Assembly (NCBI GenBank): GCA_050084515.1 | Contig: CM114271.1 | Span: 21,452,001 to 21,516,000 of the forward strand | Reading direction: 5' to 3' | From: Blasia pusilla | Lineage: Eukaryota | DNA length: 64,000 bases | In this document: positions 61,655 through 64,000 of the stretch, piece by piece | Position numbering within the stretch: the first letter of the stretch is position 1 | How the letters are laid out: every line of letters starts with the position of its first letter | Made by a program: the position numbers and the translations under genes | Notes under the pieces: model-generated | Told to the model about the DNA's origin: nothing | What the model saw: the letters and a program-made list of their open reading frames with translations, nothing else | The model's database searches: none

Positions 61655-63210
61655 GGCATTGTACATTTCTCAGCTATGCATCCTTCTTTGCCCCTTCTGG
61701 GCGGGCTTATAATACTTTCTAGGTCTTCAATTTTCTCTTTTCTATGCCTGTTATTTTTCATACTTAATGTACCCCTCTCCAAGAGCTCACCCAACTGTCA
61801 GCCAGTTCTCTTTGTAAAAGTGAGGGCTCCAAAATCCACACAAGGTATGCAATTCTAAGCCCTGGCTATGTCCAATCAGCAAAGTTTGCCACCAGAAGTA
61901 TAGTGCCAAAACATGACCAATTTTGTCATTGACCTGAGTTGGGCAGTTTGCCAAATGAGGTGGGTAGTGCCACCGTGTTGTTTTATTTTGATGTAAAGTC
62001 ATTAGAAATCTTTCAACCTAAACATATAGAGATGCAGTGAAACAGGAATCGTAGAAAAGGAGCTTCAGGTGAGAAGGTAGTCTTTCGAGAAGCAGAAGTC
62101 GGCACATCAGGACCTCTGAGAGACTTTCAGAGATTGGATTGTGGCTGAAGGATTAGAAAGCATTCTGAAACAGTTCAAATAACTTTTGAGTTCATTGCAC
62201 TAAAGAGAGGATACCAGAATTCTAAATAAAGAAAGCTCTCTTACCAGTAGCAGCAACCACACATTATATTCTAGAAATGCTATCTAAAACAAGTAGGTTG
62301 GAGAAATTGCATGGCAAAGATGGACTCCATCTTACCATAGCCAAATAGTCATGAAATTTTATATCTTTTGAGCTTTAATGATTGGAAAAATTGTTGTTTT
62401 GCGTCTTGAGGGATTATAAAAGTAATCAACAGGCGACCCCTCATTGTAATGTCCCTCCAAAAAAAGCACTAAAATCATCTTTACAACCCCAACTATGCAA
62501 TCCTACTTGCCTTGAACCCAAATGTGGAGTATTTAACACTCATACCACCAATCCAAGTATCCTGAAAGTAGTCTTATAAACCTATAGATACCCTCTCATC
62601 AAAATTTAAGTAGAAGGTTAGACCAACATCTAAGTCATTTCCATTGCAATCTCTCATCATATCAATGGAACTTTTTACCTTTTACTTCAGAGTGTAAGTG
62701 TTTCAGATATCCATTATGGGGGCTAAAGCGAGCTAACAAATGGTTAACAAATGAGTTAACTTATATCTTTTGAAAAAGTAAAAACATTTTAGCCACAATT
62801 CTCCACAATGACAATTGTGGAGAATAGAAGCAATTGTAATTCATAATAGTACATATAGTACTAACTTCTATACATTTATATTGGAAAATCTTACTCAAGT
62901 TAGCAAGAATAAACAATAAGGGTGCCAAAACATACAATTCTATATCATTTGAAATGATCGCATCTAGCATACATTACCATCATCCAAGTAGGGGAAATAT
63001 CCTTGAAATATCTTAGAATTGACTCCAAAAAGACACAAAATAAATTAACCGTTTGCCAATTAACATGACAACCAACAAATTTTATGATATCTCTTTATGA
63101 CCCTCTAAGAGTCATTGAACTTCTCTTGCAACAATGCAAGAGCGTACTTCCTCTTGGAAGATCCCCTCAAGATATCCAACTGCGACATTCAAAATGGAGC
63201 CCATTTCTAT

Positions 63211-63890
63211 TATCACATCTTAGTATCCGATAGGTAGAGATCTATCGTGGCGAACTAAAAAAGCCAGCGGACTGTTTTTGAGTGTAGCTTTGTCCCGACG
63301 TGTCGAATGAGGTTGAGGATAGGTCTGTTGTGTCAAGAACATCGTTTCTGACAACTTTCCTGTTGGGTTCTTTCACAACCGGATGACTTGTTCAGCAGGT
63401 CACCACCCATGGTAAATTGTGCGCGCAGGTTACCGAGGGGGTTGCTATTTTTAGGTCTCATACCTATATAAGGGAGGAAAATGGCTTTCCCAAGCCATCT
63501 TTCTCATGTTGGGCCGTTGGAGGTTCATTCTTGCTCGGATGTGTGAGTTAGGATTGGTTACTTGCGTCTGGATTCCTTGATAGCACAGGGTGGACGAGGT
63601 TCGATATGTCGATGTAGATTGAGGAGAGGAGTTTTAGGCCGGGTGTGTCATTTTTACTCTTATTTTTACTTTTACATGAGAAAGATACGAGGGGGCAGGG
63701 GGAATTCGTTGTTTGCAGGTAGGCAAGCAAGTTGCCTCGGTTGGGAGCTCTTGGAGGCGCCAATTGGCGTTTGCTTTGTCAATTTTTCGTTCGGAAGGCC
63801 GTGTGCGGAAGCGCTGTTCATGTTTCGTAGATTTCGTTGGTGCATATTGACGAGAACGAGTCTCCGAGTGTAGCACGGAGGATGGCGGCA
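63211..63890 (+). mobile_element. Diverged 5' end (repeat A plus leader) of a second DNMT-Gypsy family member
   Basis: Colinear with 20192-~20870, including the TATA box, the CATCTTTCTCATGT / ACATGAGAAAGAT pair and downstream leader; begins at the same boundary. Confidence 0.88.
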
Positions 63891-64000
63891 GGAGTAGTGT
63901 CGTCATATAGCGGCAATGATGAGTGTAAAGGGGAAGGAGAGTTAGATCTTGCAGCTTTTGGGGGGGCTATTTAGTAAAAGAGCAACCAGGTTACAAGAAC

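Overview
Eukaryotic, transposon-rich window from a land plant, probably a non-seed plant; this is inferred from the spliced PALE CRESS and TLDc genes and plant-type TEs, and the species cannot be determined. Left to right: (1) a ~12.6 kb Mutator-like element (3186-15766) with TIRs, a spliced, pseudogenised transposase on the minus strand, a convergent unknown multi-exon accessory gene and several internal tandem arrays. (2) A 9.7 kb Ty3/Gypsy retrotransposon (20192-29890, 4-bp TSD AATG), the most unusual object here. Its pol carries a complete DNMT3-like cytosine-5 methyltransferase between protease and RT and a PHD finger after the integrase. It has a Tf1-like self-priming site instead of a tRNA PBS. 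Its repeats are arranged as split direct repeats (A1-internal-B1-A2-B2) with an internal abutted-ends junction, although it encodes a DDE integrase. A second 5' end of the family starts at 63211. (3) A (CT)n microsatellite and CACTA/Copia relics. (4) A PALE CRESS gene (35290-39705). (5) A ~2 kb foldback element with ~700 bp inverted arms. (6) An 8-exon TLDc/EF-hand gene (46581-61654). Its introns hold a LINE interrupted by a solo LTR, a head-to-tail stack of five LINE 3' ends, a near-intact Copia element and a Helitron. All calls come from manual reading and remembered family motifs; no database searches were run.
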